NCBI GenBank assembly: GCA_021806295.1
Contig: JAJZXS010000041.1
Coordinates: 1,406-65,405, forward strand
Direction: 5' to 3'
Length of the DNA stretch: 64,000 bases
Source: Thermoplasmata archaeon
GTDB taxonomy: Archaea > Thermoplasmatota > Thermoplasmata > Thermoplasmatales > Thermoplasmataceae
The notes below the pieces were generated by a model. That model ran no database searches. It saw only the letters and a program-made list of their open reading frames with translations, and was not told where the DNA came from. Positions within the stretch are counted from its first letter, which is position 1. Every line of letters begins with the position of its first letter. The position numbers and the translations under genes are program-made. Positions 61,296-64,000 of the stretch are shown here, piece after piece.

Positions 61296-62495
61296 TTACC
61301 ACCTAACATTTTTCGTTTTCCATGATTTGCTCTTTCTTCCCGGATACAGAAGCATGCCTGCAATCCCAACAAAAACAATTGCCAGTATGAGCTTCGAATA
61401 AATCAAAGCATATCCAAGATATGGAACAGAAAAGAGGACATGTCCTCTTACATCATATGTCGGCACCGGTTCAGGGTCCTTCGACGGATTTGCCACACCC
61501 TTGGTCCTGAAATACTCATGCCCGCCTATGTAGCATATCCTTATTACCTGATGGGCAAACAAAGTACCATTTTCCCAGGGTGCATTGAATACTATAATAT
61601 CACCAACTTTCACAGAGGATGTTTTTATGGGCCCGACAAAAAGTATAGATCCAGGTTTTATAACAGGATACATGCTCCCTGTGGGGTCGCCTATAACGAA
61701 GTAACTGTGATCGGAAATTCCGGGTGCTATTGCTATGGATGCAATGCTCACAATAACCACTATAACTATAAGCCACTTTGAGTTCTTAAGTGCCTTTTTT
61801 ATATTGATCCTATTTCCGGAGAACACGTTTTTGAAATTAAAGGAAGATTTCATTACTAAATCAGAGATGAATATTACCAGAGAAAGGGCAATCATTTCCC
61901 ACATGAGATAGTAATATTTCGAGACATTAATGTTGATAGAAAGTGATGTAAAAAGCATGAACATGAAAAGGAAAACAAGAATTCCTGCAAAATTAAATCC
62001 GGATTTATAAAAAATAAATAGTACTGTCAATGCCAGGAAAAATATGAAAATCATATTGAAAACTGCTATGGAAAATATTGTCTTTGTGTCTATCAGTACA
62101 TAATATGGGTAATAAAATAGTAAGACAGTAGACCCGAAAATTAACCCCTCTATGGCAAAATTCTTTATTCCTGATTTTTCAATGCAAAGCAGGACAAGGT
62201 ATAATGAAAATGCTGTAATGGCAGAATAGGCCAGCGTTGAGGGAAGAACGCCAGCATAGAAATGGAAAGTAATTTTATGGAATGCTATTCCTGGCTCCAG
62301 AAGAAAAATTTCCATAAATATTCCCAGGGCTGCGACCTTTACTATATCCCTGTTAATGTTTAGCCTTATGCTGAAAACCATCGGAAGCAGCGGGATAAGT
62401 GATACCAGCACTGTTATCCATGTATTTTTCAGATAAGCTAAGGATAGCTGGTAGACTATTATGTACGCAAGCACAAGAGACAGTATTCTTTTCAT
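61296..62495 (-). CDS. Archaeal/ER-type (SipW-like, S26B) signal peptidase I fused to a ~235 aa polytopic N-terminal membrane domain
   Basis: The C-terminal ~160 aa carries GSMYP (Ser), VGDIIVF, AHQVI (His) and TKGVANPSKDP (Asp), plus flanking TM anchors. The N-terminal part has about 7-8 hydrophobic segments. Confidence 0.7.
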   Translation of the reverse strand: MKRILSLVLAYIIVYQLSLAYLKNTWITVLVSLIPLLPMVFSIRLNINRDIVKVAALGIFMEIFLLEPGIAFHKITFHFYAGVLPSTLAYSAITAFSLYLVLLCIEKSGIKNFAIEGLIFGSTVLLFYYPYYVLIDTKTIFSIAVFNMIFIFFLALTVLFIFYKSGFNFAGILVFLFMFMLFTSLSININVSKYYYLMWEMIALSLVIFISDLVMKSSFNFKNVFSGNRINIKKALKNSKWLIVIVVIVSIASIAIAPGISDHSYFVIGDPTGSMYPVIKPGSILFVGPIKTSSVKVGDIIVFNAPWENGTLFAHQVIRICYIGGHEYFRTKGVANPSKDPEPVPTYDVRGHVLFSVPYLGYALIYSKLILAIVFVGIAGMLLYPGRKSKSWKTKNVRW

Positions 62496-63442
62496 TTCTC
62501 AACCCCTCTGTAGGAATAGACATAATTTTTGAAATCATGGGAGACGAAGAAAAGTGAACTCTTTTTTATATAGAATAATGGTTCATGGTAGGCATCGGAT
62601 AATTTGACCAGTTCATCAAATGTATCCACTTTTGTCACAATACCCTTAGGCATTGCTTCCACATCTATTATCCTGTCACCGAACTCCTGGAGTTTCAGAT
62701 CCAGTTTGCTTTTCTTCTTTGGCACACCAATGTACGTGACAGCCAGGAAAACAAAAAGTATGGCTGATGGAACTATTATTATATATCCATATAAAGCTGG
62801 CAGTCCTATTATGGGCTTGCTGCCGTAGGCATCTTTTATATCCACTGTTCCGGTCATGCTGGCCGGGCTGCCATATTTAACCGTATAATAATGATTCCCC
62901 TGGCTTATCAGAAGGTATGTGCTTGAGGAGATTCCACTAACAGGATCCTGGACAGTTATATTTATGTCAACTGTGGGGCTTGTTCCTGTATATCCAAGCT
63001 GGCTATCTATCTCAGCCGACTGATTATAAAGGCATGAAAGGTTTAAAGGAATCACCATGCCTGAAATAGTCTGGCTTCCGTTGAATTCCAGTGTTGAACT
63101 GTTTGAGCTGAATAACTTGGACCATGAAGGGTTTGATGATATTACACCTATGGAATAGTCAATAAATACGGTTTGTTTACTGGAAGATAGAAAATTTGCG
63201 GTTATATATACTGTCATATTTTTCAGTAGTTTTTCATATATAACGGTTGGATTGTAAAGGTGATTTGAACTATACAGGCTATTATTTGTTATATTGGCCT
63301 CAAGGTTTACCTGCGCGCTTGATACAAAATTGGTTTCAGGAATTTCTTTGCTATGCTCCCTGGGTTCAAGTATAATAAATGAAGAAAAAATAATAGCGAC
63401 TGCCAGAATTATTATAATCGCCAGATGCAGTTTTTTATTCAT
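62492..63442 (-). CDS. Two-TM protein with a sequon-rich extracytoplasmic domain and small cytoplasmic C-terminal domain (DUF5305-like architecture)
   Basis: N-terminal TM (LHLAIIIILAVAIIFSSFIIL), eight N-x-S/T sequons by my count, and a second TM (YGYIIIVPSAILFVFLAVTYIGV). ATGA overlap with the peptidase gene. Confidence 0.55.
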   Translation of the reverse strand: MNKKLHLAIIIILAVAIIFSSFIILEPREHSKEIPETNFVSSAQVNLEANITNNSLYSSNHLYNPTVIYEKLLKNMTVYITANFLSSSKQTVFIDYSIGVISSNPSWSKLFSSNSSTLEFNGSQTISGMVIPLNLSCLYNQSAEIDSQLGYTGTSPTVDINITVQDPVSGISSSTYLLISQGNHYYTVKYGSPASMTGTVDIKDAYGSKPIIGLPALYGYIIIVPSAILFVFLAVTYIGVPKKKSKLDLKLQEFGDRIIDVEAMPKGIVTKVDTFDELVKLSDAYHEPLFYIKKSSLFFVSHDFKNYVYSYRGVEK

Positions 63443-63485
63443 ATAAATTGGATGTATGTATTAGTTTAACCTTTATTTATTAAAA

Positions 63486-63519
63486 GTACTGAGTTATGAT
63501 ATTTATTTAATATCAGTAC
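63486..63519. promoter_or_regulatory. Inverted repeat GTACTGA-N20-TCAGTAC in the divergent promoter region
   Basis: Perfect 7-bp arms at 63486-63492 and 63513-63519, separated by an AT-rich spacer. It lies between the two divergent start codons (63442 and 63651). Confidence 0.3.
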
Positions 63520-63650
63520 ATGATATACTTATGTATTATAAAAACTATTATTTTTTACCTGTTTTATGGTCTAACTCTTTTAATTACTGCACCATATTTT
63601 AATTTCCTGTTTTATTATTTACAGATAACAGATTAATTTCTGGTGACTAA

Positions 63651-64000
63651 ATGAACAAAAAGTTAGCCGTATTATTGGTAGTGCCAATTCTTATTGCAAT
63701 GGGAGGAACATTCGCTTTCTCCGCATTCTCTGGGAGTTCTAGCGTTGCCATTAATAGCACAGCAGGCCATTTGACCTGGGATGAAAGTGGGATATTGGTA
63801 GCTACGAATGCAAATAACACACCATTGACCGTAGAGGGTCCAAATGGGGTTATATATGAGATAGGAGCGTCTGAACCATATGCGCCCGGCAGCAGCCATC
63901 TAAATCTTGGAACTCTAGCAATGAGCACTGCAAACAGCGGGAAGGAATATGTCGTGAATGCAACCAACTTTGCGCCTGGTGAATATATAGAGGTACAGGT
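63651..64000 (+). CDS. 5' part of a secreted protein with a SipW-cognate (TasA/camelysin-type) signal peptide; runs off the window
   Basis: ATG at 63651 is preceded by GGTGA 4 nt upstream, and the frame is open to the window end. Translation: MNKKLAVLLVVPILIAMGGTFAFSAFSGSSSVAINSTAGHLTWDES...NFAPGEYIEVQ. It is not in the ORF track because no stop lies in the window. Confidence 0.65.
   Translation, partial: MNKKLAVLLVVPILIAMGGTFAFSAFSGSSSVAINSTAGHLTWDESGILVATNANNTPLTVEGPNGVIYEIGASEPYAPGSSHLNLGTLAMSTANSGKEYVVNATNFAPGEYIEVQ

Noticed and set aside
61256-61378. 5' extension of the wHTH gene (tracked ORF 60617-61378)
   Set aside because: The extension overlaps the 3' end of the peptidase gene by 83 nt and encodes an implausible Cys/Arg-rich leader. 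The internal ATG at 61255 has a Shine-Dalgarno-like AAGGTGG upstream and gives a length matching the paralog.
63647-63967. Two tracked minus-strand ORFs (106 and 75 aa) at the window end
   Set aside because: They are antisense to the better-supported + strand ORF, which has an RBS and a recognisable signal peptide.
1-64000. Mobile elements, prophage, CRISPR-Cas or classical defence genes
   Set aside because: I recognised no transposase, integrase, Cas, restriction-modification or toxin-antitoxin signatures in any frame. The tRNA genes are not flanked by integrase genes or obvious direct repeats.

Overview
This is an AT-rich, densely coding archaeal chromosomal window. Gene content and codon style fit a Thermoplasmatales-type organism (Ferroplasma, Picrophilus or Thermoplasma-like); that assignment is an inference from protein families, not a database hit. 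Most of the window is housekeeping. It holds an rpl18e-rpl13-rps9-rpoN operon, proteasome alpha, purA, a tightly coupled nurA-herA-mre11-rad50 operon and a Mtq2-like methylase with a DRG GTPase. It also holds cytochrome bd oxidase, threonine dehydratase, an acyl-CoA dehydrogenase/thiolase/DUF35 module, ETF alpha/beta and formate-THF ligase with a cyclodeaminase. Further genes are class II ribonucleotide reductase, acetyl-CoA synthetase, chorismate synthase, a double-length ThyX, thermosome, a thioredoxin-reductase-like flavoprotein, ornithine carbamoyltransferase and several MFS/APC transporters. There are four tRNAs: Pro-GGG, Glu-UUC, Val-CAC and Gln-CUG. I saw no rRNA, CRISPR array, transposase or integrase. 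The clearly accessory part is the last ~5 kb (58.9-64.0 kb). There, a + strand ORF that runs off the window edge, and is missing from the ORF track, carries a SipW-cognate (TasA-like) signal peptide. It faces a divergent operon. That operon encodes a two-TM sequon-rich protein, an archaeal/ER-type signal peptidase I fused to a large polytopic membrane domain, and a winged-helix protein that has a paralog further downstream. I read this as a candidate TasA/SipW-type extracellular fibre locus, which as far as I know has not been described in this wall-less lineage. Other points worth a second look are a Thr/Ser-rich membrane-anchored surface glycoprotein candidate and a CoA-transferase/DRE-TIM lyase/MFS/HTH_10 module with an unusual active-site motif. 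A Cys-cluster HTH_10 regulator beside cydAB, a TrxR lacking the NADPH-binding HRR motif, and a GC-rich structured island in the spacer after tRNA-Pro are also worth checking.
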